Below are positions 33,693-43,237 of a DNA stretch of 64,000 nucleotides, in pieces. Within the stretch, counting starts at the first letter, position 1. Each line of letters begins with the position of its first letter. The notes beneath the pieces were generated by a model that worked only from the letters and a program-made list of their open reading frames with translations, ran no database searches and was not told where the DNA came from. The stretch is from the NCBI GenBank assembly GCA_963777905.1, contig CAVZSM010000034.1:39691-103690 (forward strand), written 5' to 3'. The stretch comes from an uncultured Actinomycetota bacterium (GTDB taxonomy: Bacteria; Actinomycetota; Actinomycetes; Streptosporangiales; Streptosporangiaceae). The translations under genes and the position numbers were made by a program.

Positions 33693-34592
33693 TCAGGCGG
33701 CGATCGGCAGGCCCAGCTGGTCGCCTGCCACGCGGACCAGGACGGCGGTCCAGGTGCGGAACGGGCGCCAGCCCTCGGCGATCCGCTCGAGCTCGGCCGG
33801 CGACGCCGGCCCGGGGCCGGTGCCGTAGAAGTGCGCGACATAACCGGGCAGCCGCGGCTCGCCGAACGTCAGCAGGTCGGTGACCCCGGTGGAGCGCAGC
33901 AAGATGAGCGTGGCATACGTGGGCCCGATGCCGGGGAGCTGCTGCAGGTGCGCGAGCGCCGCCGCGGGCTCCATCGACGCGAGCAGCCCGGGCTCGAGGG
34001 CGCCGTCGAGGGCCGCGCGGGCGACCGCGTGCAGCCAGGCCACCCGGTTGGGGGCGACGCTGCGGATCGCATCGGCGCTCAGCAACTGGCCGGGGAGCGG
34101 GAACGCGTGCACCTGCTCGCCGCCGACGGTGAATGTGCGCCCCAGTTCGGCGCTGATCCGGTCGCGGATCGCCGCCGCCTGCGCGCGGTGCCGCCGGGCG
34201 CTGATGATCGACCAGGCGGCGGCCTCGTAGGGGGAGTGGAACAGCACCGGCCGCAGCCCCTCATGCTCGCGCTGCAGGGCGCCGATCACGGGGTCGCGGG
34301 CGCCGACCTCCGCCCACGGCGCCGCGTCGTGGTCGAGCGACAAGATCCGCCGGACCTGCCGCAGCACGGCCTCGGGATCCCCGTCGGTGTCGACGGTGGC
34401 GGCGATGGCCCCGCCGGGAACCTGCGCCAGGCGAACCCCGGCGTGGTGCCGCATGTCGTCGGTGACGAACGCCAGCCGCATCTCGTTCCCCGCTGGCAGT
34501 GGGCGCGCCATGTTCGGCCCGAACCCGAACCCGGCGGCCGCGGCCAGCGAGAATGGCCCATCCGGCTGGATGGTGCACGTAGTGAGCTTCAT
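33693..34592 (-). CDS. DNA-3-methyladenine glycosylase 2 (AlkA, HhH-GPD) family protein
   Basis: 299 aa. HhH-GPD region LQQLPGIGPTYATLILLRSTG, with an AlkA-like N-domain. Confidence 0.8.
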   Translation of the reverse strand: MKLTTCTIQPDGPFSLAAAAGFGFGPNMARPLPAGNEMRLAFVTDDMRHHAGVRLAQVPGGAIAATVDTDGDPEAVLRQVRRILSLDHDAAPWAEVGARDPVIGALQREHEGLRPVLFHSPYEAAAWSIISARRHRAQAAAIRDRISAELGRTFTVGGEQVHAFPLPGQLLSADAIRSVAPNRVAWLHAVARAALDGALEPGLLASMEPAAALAHLQQLPGIGPTYATLILLRSTGVTDLLTFGEPRLPGYVAHFYGTGPGPASPAELERIAEGWRPFRTWTAVLVRVAGDQLGLPIAA

Positions 34593-34671
34593 GTCACAGA
34601 TATAGCTCTAGGGTCTGACATTCCGTGCTCAGGCGGTGCTCAGGGAGGGGCCTGGCGGGGCCGCGTCCGGT

Positions 34672-35358
34672 CTAGCCGTACGCGTCGTGGTAGTTCCACC
34701 ACGCGTACGGTGGGGTCTGCGGATAGCCCTCCGGCGAGTCCTCCCACTCCTCCTGGCGGCCAAGCGCCGTGATATCCAGGTAACTCCAGGTGCTTCCCAT
34801 CGCCTCGGCGCCCCGGCTGTTGACGAAGTAGGTCCGGTAGATCCGCTCGCCGTCGCGGACGAAGGCGTTGGTCCCGTGCCACTCGTCCACGCCGAAGTCT
34901 TTGTCAAAGTCGTCGGTGATCGTGTACCACGGGATCAGCTCCCAGCCCATGCGCTCCTTCAGGCCCTGGATCTCGGCCTGGGGAGCGCGCGAAACGAACG
35001 CGAGCGTCGTGTCCCGCGCGTTCAGGTGGGCGGGGTGCGCGACCTGGTCGGCGAGGAACGAGCAGCCCACACAGGCACGTTCCGGGTAAGCACCGCCCCC
35101 CGGTGGGTACGTGGTGACGTCTGGCGCGTAGAAAGCGCGATAGACGATCAGCTGCCGGCGACCCTCGAACAGGTCGAGTAGGCTCACCGACCCCTCCGGA
35201 CCGTCGAAGCGGTACTCCTTCTCCACCGCCATCCACGGCATCCGGCGGCGCTTGGCGGCCAGCGCATCGCGGGCGCGGGTCAGCTTCTTCTCCTCGACCA
35301 GCAGGTTCTGGCGGGCGACATCCCACTCCTGCGGTGACACGATCGGTGGAGTCTTCAT
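34672..35358 (-). CDS. DUF899 thioredoxin-like family protein
   Basis: ATG at 35358 preceded by GGGAGGG. SPQEWDVARQNLLVEEKKLTRARDALAAKRRRMPW...CVGCSFLADQ is the DUF899 signature. Confidence 0.8.
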   Translation of the reverse strand: MKTPPIVSPQEWDVARQNLLVEEKKLTRARDALAAKRRRMPWMAVEKEYRFDGPEGSVSLLDLFEGRRQLIVYRAFYAPDVTTYPPGGGAYPERACVGCSFLADQVAHPAHLNARDTTLAFVSRAPQAEIQGLKERMGWELIPWYTITDDFDKDFGVDEWHGTNAFVRDGERIYRTYFVNSRGAEAMGSTWSYLDITALGRQEEWEDSPEGYPQTPPYAWWNYHDAYG

Positions 35359-35381
35359 CGTGGCCTGCCCTCCCTGGGGGT

Positions 35382-35831
35382 CTAACTCCCGCGGGTCCAC
35401 CGCGCCCGGCGGAACATGGTGCCGTACGTCCTGTGGTAACCCGTCGCCTGGTCGATCGCGTTGGCGTAGTAGACCGGGGTGTTCCGCTCCGGCGGCGGCA
35501 GCGCGGTGGCCTGCGCCGCGTCCAGGTCGCAGCGGATGTAGCCGGCGGTGATCGCGGCGACGTGGTCCGCGTCGACGAACCGGAGATGCTGTGGCTGGAG
35601 CAGTTCCAGCCGCCGGGCGGCCGACTTTTCGTCCCTGCTCAGGTCGCGCTGGATGCGCCGGTCCAGCCAGCCGCTACCGCCTGTCCACACCACGATCCCG
35701 TCGAAGACATCCTCCTCCGGGACCTCGAGCACGTGCTCGAGGATGCCGAACTGCGTCCCGTCCTTGGTGAGCACCGGGACGCCAGGGGAGACGCCCTGAT
35801 AGGAGACCGCGAACTGCTCGTCGTCGTCCAT
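35382..35831 (-). CDS. hypothetical protein (PRC-barrel-like N-terminus)
   Basis: 149 aa from the ATG at 35831. GVPVLTKDGTQFGILEHVL...FDGIVV resembles PRC-barrel proteins. Weak call. Confidence 0.5.
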   Translation of the reverse strand: MDDDEQFAVSYQGVSPGVPVLTKDGTQFGILEHVLEVPEEDVFDGIVVWTGGSGWLDRRIQRDLSRDEKSAARRLELLQPQHLRFVDADHVAAITAGYIRCDLDAAQATALPPPERNTPVYYANAIDQATGYHRTYGTMFRRARWTRGS

Positions 35832-35917
35832 ACGCCGACGATAGCGGACGCAATGGGACGCCGCCGTTGACACCGTGCCGTAATTGACACAGCGCCGTGA
35901 TGCGGGAGGATTCCGGT

Positions 35918-36874
35918 GTGACGATGGTAGAGACGGCGCGCGGCCCGGTACCAGCTTCGGACCTCGGCAGAACGCTCATGCACGAGCACGTGTTCGTGCT
36001 GACGGCCGACGTCCAGCAGAACTACCCCGACGAGTGGGGCGACGAGGACGTCCGCGTGGCGGACGCCGTGCGGCGCCTCAGCGAGCTCCCTGAGCACGGC
36101 ATCGGCACGATCGTGGACGTCACCGCGATCGGCCAGGGCCGGAACGTTCCGCGCGTGAAGCGGATCGCCGATCAGGTCCCTGGCCTCAACATCGTTGTGG
36201 CCACCGGAATCTACACGTTCGACGAGGTGCCGATGTTCTTCTGGCGGCGGCACCGGGAGGCCATGACCGAGCTGTTCGTCCGCGACATCACCGAGGGGAT
36301 CGCCGGCACCGGCGTCAAGGCCGGGATGCTCAAGTGCGCGGTGGACGAGAAGGGCCTGACCCAGGGCGTCGAGCGCGTGCTCAGGTCCGTCGCGCAGGCG
36401 CACGCCCAGACCGGCACGCCGGTCACCATCCACACGCACGCCGCCGGCCAGCACGGCCCGGCCATCCTCGAGGTGCTCGAGCAGGAAGGCGCGGACCTGG
36501 ACCGCGTCGTTCTCGGGCACAGCGGTGACGCCACCGATAGTCCCGACTACCTGGAGAGCATGGTCCAGGCCGGGCTCACCCTCGGCATGGACCGGTTCGG
36601 CATCGACCACTTCGCCACGTTCCAGGACCGCTCGGACCTGGTCGTCGAGCTGTGCCGCCGCGGCCTCGCGGACCGCATGGTGCTGTCCCACGACACCTGC
36701 TGCTACATCGACTGGTTCGAGCCCGGCTCGCTCGACGACCTCACGCAGTGGCACTACCTGCACGTCAGCCAGGACGTACTGCCGTACCTCCGAGAGCACG
36801 GCGTCACCGAGGACCAGATCGACGCGATGCTGGTCCGCAACCCGGCCCGCATCCTCGCGGGCAAGGCGGACTAA
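35918..36874 (+). CDS. phosphotriesterase-like (PTE/PLL) amidohydrolase family protein
   Basis: LMHEHVF, VDVT, carboxylated-Lys region GMLKCA, IHTH, VLGHSGD, LSHD. The start is GTG at 35918 (after GGGAGGA) or ATG at 35924. Confidence 0.85.
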   Translation: MTMVETARGPVPASDLGRTLMHEHVFVLTADVQQNYPDEWGDEDVRVADAVRRLSELPEHGIGTIVDVTAIGQGRNVPRVKRIADQVPGLNIVVATGIYTFDEVPMFFWRRHREAMTELFVRDITEGIAGTGVKAGMLKCAVDEKGLTQGVERVLRSVAQAHAQTGTPVTIHTHAAGQHGPAILEVLEQEGADLDRVVLGHSGDATDSPDYLESMVQAGLTLGMDRFGIDHFATFQDRSDLVVELCRRGLADRMVLSHDTCCYIDWFEPGSLDDLTQWHYLHVSQDVLPYLREHGVTEDQIDAMLVRNPARILAGKAD

Positions 36875-36879
36875 GCGCG

Positions 36880-37580
36880 TCAGTCCCGGGCCTGCCAGGT
36901 GGTGATGCAGGCTTCGTTGCCCTCGGGGTCGGCCAGCACCCAGAACGCCGGCGCCGCCGCGTCGCTGAGCAGCCTGCCGCCCGCGGCCAGCGCGGCCTCA
37001 AGGCGGGCCTGCGCCTGGTCGTGCGGCACCGAGACGTCGATGTGGATGCGGTTGCGCTGCGGCCGTGGGGCGTCCATCTGCTGGAACCACACCGCCGGCC
37101 CCGGCCGGCGGGATCGACGATGGCGTGCGGCGACTCGTCCGCGTAGCCGAACACCGCCCGCCAGAACGGCAGCACCGCCGGGATGTCCAGTGCGTCGATC
37201 CCGATCTCGGCCGTCTGCACCCGCGCCGGTTCCGGCGGAAGGCCCAGTTCGCGCAGCCAGGCGGAGATGCCCCAGGCGGCCGCGGCGCTCGCCGGCGAGG
37301 CCCGCCCCTCGCCGAGCACCCCGGCGAGGGTGATCACGAGCCGGTCAGGGCGGATATCCAGCCGGAGCTGCCCGTGACCATCCGCGGCCGGCACGGCGCT
37401 GTCGAGCGTGGCCAGCGTGGCGGCCGTGTCCGCGGCCTGCCGCAGGGACTCGGTGGCCACCTGCGTGCACAGGTCACCGAGGACGAGCCGCCAGCCGGCG
37501 TCGGCGACCGCCGCGGAGAGCTCTGCCCGGTTGAGCCCTGCCCCTGAGAGCGGTGCCCCGGAGAGCGGTGCGGAATGCAT
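36880..37580 (-). pseudogene. PCD-like + glyoxalase-like (VOC) fusion protein, frameshifted
   Basis: The N-part (37580 down to about 37100) ends ...PFWRAVFGYADESPHAIVDPAGRG. The conserved continuation VWFQQMDAPRPQRNRIHIDVSVPHD...WVLADPEGNEACITTWQ is in another frame (ORF 36880..37092). One C appears to be missing in a C/G run near 37099-37102. Confidence 0.65.
37541..37570. repeat. 15-bp tandem duplication CCCC(T/G)GAGAGCGGTG x2
   Basis: Encodes GAPLS GAPLS at the N-terminus of the frameshifted gene. Confidence 0.9.
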
Positions 37581-37592
37581 GCGCCCATCCTG

Positions 37593-38240
37593 TCAGCGAT
37601 CCGGACTGCTAACGACCCCTATCCCGTCGAAGACGAGCGTGCACACCGCGTCGGCCACCGCGGCGCCGTCGTCGCCAGGCCGTGGCTTGTACCACTCCGA
37701 CACCGAGTTGACCAGGCCGAACAGCAGCCTGGCGGTCAGCGCCGGGTCGATGTCCGTGCGCAGGTCGCCGTCCGCGACGGCCTCCTTGACCAGCGACGCG
37801 GTGAACCGGTCGAACTCGCGGCGACGGGCGAGGGCCTCGCGTTCGGCGGGAGTGTTGCCGTGCACCCGCAGCAGCAGGGTGACGAACGGGAGCTGCGCCG
37901 CGAGCACCGCGAGGCTGCCCCTGACCAGGTGCTCCAGCCGGTCCACGGCGCGACCGGGAAGTGCCTCGGCCGCCGCCGCGACGCCGAACAGCCCGTCAAG
38001 GGCCCGGCCGGTGCCGAGCCGCAGCAGCTCCTCCTTCGAGGAGACATGGTGGTAGATCGCCGACTTCGTGATGCCCAGCGCGCGGGACAGGTCTCCCATC
38101 GAGGTCGCGTCGTAGCCGCGCTCGTTGAACAGCCGCACCGCGGTCACCAGGATCGACTCCAGGTCGTGCCCTGGGCGCCCGGGGCGGCGGGGGCGCTGGG
38201 GGCGCCGGGGCTCGCGTCCCGCGGATACGACTTCGCTCAC
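37593..38240 (-). CDS. paaR: TetR family regulator, PaaR-type by context
   Basis: HTH GYDATSMGDLSRALGITKSAIYHHVSSKEELL. 4-bp overlap with the upstream paaK. Confidence 0.8.
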   Translation of the reverse strand: MSEVVSAGREPRRPQRPRRPGRPGHDLESILVTAVRLFNERGYDATSMGDLSRALGITKSAIYHHVSSKEELLRLGTGRALDGLFGVAAAAEALPGRAVDRLEHLVRGSLAVLAAQLPFVTLLLRVHGNTPAEREALARRREFDRFTASLVKEAVADGDLRTDIDPALTARLLFGLVNSVSEWYKPRPGDDGAAVADAVCTLVFDGIGVVSSPDR

Positions 38241-39568
38241 GTCGACCGCTCGTCGATCACGCGCCGCATCTTCCCCGTCGACCGCTCCAGCGTCCCGGGG
38301 TCGACGACCTTCGCCTGCACCGTCACCCCGATGCTGTCCTTCACCACTCGCACGATCTCCGCGGCTGCCGCGTCGCGAGCCCCGGCCTCCCGCGCCTCCG
38401 CGGATCCCGGTGCGGCCTCGACGAGCACGGTCAGCTCGTCCAGCTGTTCCGGCCGGGTGAGCAGCAGCTGGAAGTGCGGCGCGAGCCCGGGCACGCGCAG
38501 CACGATCTCCTCGATCTGCGTCGGGAACACGTTGACGCCGCGCAGGATGATCATGTCGTCGCTGCGCCCGCTGATCCGCGCCATCCGCCGGAACGGCGCG
38601 TACGAACTCCCGGGCAGCAGCCGCGTCATATCCCGGGTGCGGTACCTGATGACCGGCATCGCCTCCTTGGTCAGCGTGGTGAGCACCAGCTCCCCGGGCT
38701 GCCCGTCGGGCAGCACCGCGCCGTCAGGCCCGACGATCTCCGGGTAGAAATGGTCTTCCCAGATGTGCAGCCCGTCCTTGGTCGTCGCGGACTCCTGCGC
38801 GACGCCAGGCCCGATCACCTCGGACAGCCCGTAGATGTCGACCGCGGTCAGGCCGCCCCGCTGCTCGATCTCGCGGCGCATCGCCTCGGTCCACGGCTCG
38901 GCGCCGAAGATCCCGATCCGCAGCGACGACTCGGCCGCGTCCAGCCCCTGCCGCTCGAACTCGTCGAGCAGCGTCAGCATGTAGGTGGGCGTGACCATGA
39001 TGATCTCCGGCCGCAGGTCGTTGATCAGCTGCACCTGCCGCGCGGTCACGCCGCCGGAGGCGGGGATCACGGTGCAGCCCAGCCGCTCGGCGCCGTAGTG
39101 CGCGCCGAGCCCGCCGGTGAACAGCCCGTACCCGTAGGCGATGTGCACCGTGTCGCCGGGCCGCCCGCCGGCCGCCCTGATGGACCGCGCTACGACCGAA
39201 GCCCAGACGTCCAGGTCGTGCTTGGTGTAGGCGACCACGGTGGGCGTCCCGGTGGTGCCGCTGGAGGCATGGATCCGCGCGATCTGGTCCTCGTCGACCG
39301 CGAGCAGCCCGAACGGGTAGTTGGCGCGGAGGTCGTCCTTGCTGGTCAGCGGCAGCTTGGCGAGATCGGAGAAGTCGTGGAAGTCATCGGGCTGCAGGCC
39401 GGCCGCGTCCAGCATGTCATGGTAGAACGGCACGTTGGCGTACACGTGCCGCAGCGTCGCGCGGAGCCGCACGATCTGCCGTGCCCGCAGTTCCTCGACA
39501 CCGCCCGGCATCGCACCCGGCTCGTCGTCGTCTTCCACTCTGAACGCACCCGCCACGGCGGTCACCAC
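38237..39568 (-). CDS. paaK: phenylacetate-CoA ligase
   Basis: [25 protein letters not shown], and FPTQIEE are PaaK signatures. The start (GTG at 39568) is uncertain. Confidence 0.9.
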   Translation of the reverse strand: MVTAVAGAFRVEDDDEPGAMPGGVEELRARQIVRLRATLRHVYANVPFYHDMLDAAGLQPDDFHDFSDLAKLPLTSKDDLRANYPFGLLAVDEDQIARIHASSGTTGTPTVVAYTKHDLDVWASVVARSIRAAGGRPGDTVHIAYGYGLFTGGLGAHYGAERLGCTVIPASGGVTARQVQLINDLRPEIIMVTPTYMLTLLDEFERQGLDAAESSLRIGIFGAEPWTEAMRREIEQRGGLTAVDIYGLSEVIGPGVAQESATTKDGLHIWEDHFYPEIVGPDGAVLPDGQPGELVLTTLTKEAMPVIRYRTRDMTRLLPGSSYAPFRRMARISGRSDDMIILRGVNVFPTQIEEIVLRVPGLAPHFQLLLTRPEQLDELTVLVEAAPGSAEAREAGARDAAAAEIVRVVKDSIGVTVQAKVVDPGTLERSTGKMRRVIDERST

Positions 39569-39579
39569 CCAACTTGATT

Positions 39580-39601
39580 ACTGACCGAACGATCGGTCAT
39601 T
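39580..39601. promoter_or_regulatory. PaaR-type operator in the paaK/paaA divergent promoter
   Basis: ACTGACCGAACGATCGGTCATT, with palindromic core TGACCGAnCGnTCGGTCA. Close to the ACTNACCGNNCGNNCGGTNAGT motif that I recall being reported for Corynebacterium PaaR. Confidence 0.55.
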
Positions 39602-39609
39602 ATTGTTGT

Positions 39610-40536
39610 ATGGAGCTCAGCGAGACGCAACTGAGCGAGCACTTTGAGGCGACGATAGCCCGCCAGGGCCGGATCGAGCCACGGGACTGGATGCCTGACG
39701 GCTACCGCAAGACGATGATCAGGCAGATCGCGCAGCACGCGCATTCGGAGATCATCGGGATGCAGCCGGAGGGCAACTGGATCACCCGCGCCCCGAGCCT
39801 GCGCCGCAAGGCGATCCTGCTCGCCAAGGTCCAGGACGAGGCCGGGCACGGCATGTACCTGTATGCCGCGGCGGAAACCCTCGGCACCGACCGCGCCGAC
39901 CTGACCGAACGGCTCATCGACGGCAGGCAGAAGTACTCGTCCATCTTCAACTACCCGACGCTCAGCTACGCGGACGTCGGCGTGATCGGCTGGCTGGTCG
40001 ACGGCGCCGCGATCTGCAACCAGGTGCCGCTGTGCCGGTCGTCGTACGGCCCGTACGCCCGCGCGATGGTCCGGATCTGCAAGGAGGAGTCGTTCCACCA
40101 GCGCCAGGGCTATGAGCTGCTGCTCACGATGATGCGCGGCAGCGACGCGCAAAAAGCCATGGTCCAGGAGTCGGTGAACCGGTTCTGGTGGCCGTCGCTG
40201 ATGATGTTCGGCCCGCCGGACGCGCAGTCCCCGAACACCGAGCGCTCGATGGCCTGGGGCATCAAGCGGCATACCAACGACGACCTGCGCCAGCGATTCG
40301 TCGACATGACGGTCCCGCAGGCGGACCGGCTGGGTGTCACGCTGCCGGACGACAAGCTCCGCTGGAACGAGGCCCGCGGCCACCACGACTTCGGCGAGGT
40401 CGACTGGGCCGAGTTCAAGGCGGTCGTCGGCGGCGCAGGCCCGTGCAACGCCGACCGGATCGCCCGGCGGCAGGCAGCCCACGACGCGGGTTCCTGGGTA
40501 CGAGAGGCGGCGATGGCGCATGCCGCCAAGCACTGA
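39610..40536 (+). CDS. paaA: 1,2-phenylacetyl-CoA epoxidase subunit A
   Basis: Di-iron ligand motifs ([20 protein letters not shown]). ATG at 39610. Confidence 0.9.
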   Translation: MELSETQLSEHFEATIARQGRIEPRDWMPDGYRKTMIRQIAQHAHSEIIGMQPEGNWITRAPSLRRKAILLAKVQDEAGHGMYLYAAAETLGTDRADLTERLIDGRQKYSSIFNYPTLSYADVGVIGWLVDGAAICNQVPLCRSSYGPYARAMVRICKEESFHQRQGYELLLTMMRGSDAQKAMVQESVNRFWWPSLMMFGPPDAQSPNTERSMAWGIKRHTNDDLRQRFVDMTVPQADRLGVTLPDDKLRWNEARGHHDFGEVDWAEFKAVVGGAGPCNADRIARRQAAHDAGSWVREAAMAHAAKH

Positions 40537-40855
40537 GCGGCCAAGCACTGAGCCGCCAAGCACTGAGCCGCCAAGCACTGGCTGGCCGCTGTACGAGGTG
40601 TTCCTGCGCGGCAAGCGCGGCCTGAACCACGTGCACGTCGGGTCGCTGCACGCCGCCGACCCGGAAATGGCGCTGCGGCACGCCCGTGACCTGTACACCC
40701 GGCGGAACGAGGCGGTCAGCATCTGGGTGGTCCCCGCCGACGCGATCACTGCGTCGAGCCCGGACGAGAAGGACCCGTTCTTCGCCCCGTCGGGCGACAA
40801 GGTGTACCGGCACCCGACGTTCTACCAGATCCCGGAAGACGTGCCCCACATCTGA
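40520..40855 (+). CDS. paaB: 1,2-phenylacetyl-CoA epoxidase subunit B (N-terminus extended by repeats)
   Basis: [41 protein letters not shown]...YRHPTFY. The only in-frame start I see is the ATG at 40520, upstream of the PSTE(R/P) repeats. Confidence 0.85.
   Translation: MPPSTERPSTEPPSTEPPSTGWPLYEVFLRGKRGLNHVHVGSLHAADPEMALRHARDLYTRRNEAVSIWVVPADAITASSPDEKDPFFAPSGDKVYRHPTFYQIPEDVPHI
40525..40581. repeat. 15-bp tandem repeat GCCAAGCACTGAGC(G/C) x3.8 at the paaA/paaB junction
   Basis: The first copy contains the paaA stop (AAKH*). Later copies are read in the paaB frame as [10 protein letters not shown]. Confidence 0.95.
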
Positions 40856-41703
40856 TGAGCGAATCTGAGAGTGAATTCGACGCTTACCTGTCGCTGACTG
40901 ACGTCACGGAGGATGACCACCGCTGGGCGTTCGGCACGGGTTTTGCCGACCCCCTCGCGGGGGTCGATGTGACGCTGCAGGCAGGCGTGAACCCATCAGA
41001 CGCCGCCGCCCTCGCCGAGCGCTGCCTCGCGCTCGGCGACGACGCGCTCATCTACAGCCACCGGCTCCAGCAGTGGGTCACCCGCGCGCCGGAACTCGAG
41101 GAGGAGACCGCCCTCGCCAACATCGCACTCGACCTCCTCGGCCAGGCCCGGCTGCTGCTGACCCGCGCCGGCCAGGCCGAAGGGCGCGGTAGGGACGAGG
41201 ACCAGCTCGCCTTCTTCCGTGACGAGCGCGAGTTCCGCAACGTCCGCCTGGTGGAGCGCGCCGACGCCGACTTCGCCGAGCTGACCGCCCGCCTCCTAGT
41301 CTTCTCCGCCTGGCGGCTGGCCCTGTTCGACCGCCTGACGGCGGATCCTGACCCGGTGCTCGCCGCGATCGCGGCCAAGGCCGTCAAGGAGCTGACCTAC
41401 CACCGCGACTACGCCGCCGCCTGGGTCATCCGCCTCGGCGACGGCACGGACTACTCACACGCGAAGGCGCAGACGGCTCTGGACGCCCTATGGCCCTGGG
41501 TCGGTGAGCTCGACCTCGACGCCGACGCGGCCGCCTACCTCAACGCGGTCATCGCCGAGGCCACCCTCACCCGCCCGTCGGCGTCCCCGCTGGCCCCGGT
41601 CGCGGGCAAGACGGGCCGCGACGGCACGCACACCGAGGCGATGGGCTACATCCTCGCCGAGCTGCAAAGCGTCGCGCGCGCCAACCCGGACGCGACATGG
41701 TGA
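40855..41703 (+). CDS. paaC: 1,2-phenylacetyl-CoA epoxidase subunit C
   Basis: 282 aa. ALGDDALIYSHRLQQWVTRAPELEEETALANIALDLLGQAR. TGATG junction with paaB. Confidence 0.9.
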   Translation: MSESESEFDAYLSLTDVTEDDHRWAFGTGFADPLAGVDVTLQAGVNPSDAAALAERCLALGDDALIYSHRLQQWVTRAPELEEETALANIALDLLGQARLLLTRAGQAEGRGRDEDQLAFFRDEREFRNVRLVERADADFAELTARLLVFSAWRLALFDRLTADPDPVLAAIAAKAVKELTYHRDYAAAWVIRLGDGTDYSHAKAQTALDALWPWVGELDLDADAAAYLNAVIAEATLTRPSASPLAPVAGKTGRDGTHTEAMGYILAELQSVARANPDATW

Positions 41704-42170
41704 GCGCCAGGGAGACGGCCGGGTCCGTTCCGGATCCCGAATTTCCGGCCCTCACCATCGCGGACCTCGGCATCTTGCGGGACGTGCGGGAGGCGGACGG
41801 GGCAGTGACGGTCACGATCACGCCGACGTACTCCGGCTGCCCCGCGATGGCCCAGATCGCCGCCGACCTGCGCCGCCGCCTAGAGCGGGCGGGCTTCGGG
41901 GAGGTGGCGATCCGCACCGAGCTGTCGCCTCCCTGGACCACCGACTGGATCACCCCCGATGGCCGCAGGAAACTGGCCGAGGCGGGCATCGCACCGCCGG
42001 GGCAGCCGGCCGCCCGTGGCGGGCCCGTTCTCGTACCGCTCGCGGTGCCGTGCCCTCGCTGCGGGTCGCCTGACACCCGCGAGCTCTCCCGGTTCAGCGG
42101 CACCGCGTGCAAGGCGCTCTACCAGTGCCAGGCCTGCCGGGAGCCGTTCGAGCACGTGAAGGAGTACTGA
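41697..42170 (+). CDS. paaD: phenylacetate degradation protein PaaD
   Basis: DPEFPALTIADLGILRDV...TPTYSGCPAM and a C-terminal Cys4 (CPRCGS...CQAC). Confidence 0.9.
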   Translation: MVSARETAGSVPDPEFPALTIADLGILRDVREADGAVTVTITPTYSGCPAMAQIAADLRRRLERAGFGEVAIRTELSPPWTTDWITPDGRRKLAEAGIAPPGQPAARGGPVLVPLAVPCPRCGSPDTRELSRFSGTACKALYQCQACREPFEHVKEY

Positions 42171-42172
42171 GC

Positions 42173-43213
42173 GTGCCGCCCGCGGTGTTCTATCCGCTGA
42201 CGGTGTCGGCGGTCGACCGGCTGACGGCGGACGCCGCCGCGCTGACGTTCGCCGTCCCGCCGGACCTGCGCCAGACGTTCGCGTTCCGCCCGGGCCAGTC
42301 GCTGACGGTCCGGCGCGGCGACGAGCGCCGGTCCTACTCAATCTGCGTCCCGCCGGGCAGCGCTCCGCGGATCGGCGTGCGCGAGGTGCCGGACGGGTGC
42401 GTGTCCGGCTGGCTGGTGCGCGGCACCCGCCCCGGCGACACGATCGAGGTCCAGCCGCCGTCCGGCGCGTTCACCCCGGACCTGGCGGTACGCGGGCGGC
42501 ACGTGCTGATCGCGGCCGGTTCCGGCATCACGCCGGTGCTGTCGATCGCGGCGGCGCTGCTGGCGGCCGGAGCCGAGGTCACCCTGCTGTACGGCAACCG
42601 CCGCGCCGACACGGTGATGTTCGCCGACGAGGTGGCCGACCTCAAGGACGCCTACCCGACCCGGATGCGGCTGGTCCACGTGCTGTCGCGGGAGGCGCAG
42701 GAGGTCGACCTGTTCACCGGCCGCCTGGACGCGGCGAAGCTTCGTGACTTGCTACCGGCTCTCGTGGACGTGCCGGCCGTCTCGGACTGGTGGCTGTGCG
42801 GCCCGTTCGGCATGGTGACCGGCGCGATCGAGGTCCTGAGCTCGTTCGGCGTGCCGCGCCAGCGGATGCACCGCGAACTGTTCTATGTGGAGGAAGAGCC
42901 GCCGCCCGTCGTCACCCACACGGAAACCGCGGGCCCCGGCGCCGAGGTCACGGTCATCCTCGACGGCCGCGCCACGACGGTCACGATCCCGCCAGGCACC
43001 CCCGTCCTCGACGGCGCCCAGCGCGCCCGCGCCGACCTCCCGTTCGCCTGCAAAGGCGGCGTCTGCGGTACCTGCCGCGCCGTGTTGCGCGAGGGAAAGG
43101 TCACTATGCGCCGGAACTTCGCCCTGGAAGATTCCGAGCTGGCCGCGGGTTACGTTCTCACCTGCCAATCCCTTCCCGCCACGGATACGCTCGTCGTGGA
43201 CTACGACAGCTAA
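42173..43213 (+). CDS. paaE: 1,2-phenylacetyl-CoA epoxidase reductase subunit E
   Basis: FNR-like RSYSIC motif and a C-terminal plant-type 2Fe-2S cluster (CKGGVCGTCRA...LTCQ). GTG at 42173. Confidence 0.9.
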   Translation: MPPAVFYPLTVSAVDRLTADAAALTFAVPPDLRQTFAFRPGQSLTVRRGDERRSYSICVPPGSAPRIGVREVPDGCVSGWLVRGTRPGDTIEVQPPSGAFTPDLAVRGRHVLIAAGSGITPVLSIAAALLAAGAEVTLLYGNRRADTVMFADEVADLKDAYPTRMRLVHVLSREAQEVDLFTGRLDAAKLRDLLPALVDVPAVSDWWLCGPFGMVTGAIEVLSSFGVPRQRMHRELFYVEEEPPPVVTHTETAGPGAEVTVILDGRATTVTIPPGTPVLDGAQRARADLPFACKGGVCGTCRAVLREGKVTMRRNFALEDSELAAGYVLTCQSLPATDTLVVDYDS

Positions 43214-43237
43214 TTGCCGGCCGGCACGTCAGGGGGG

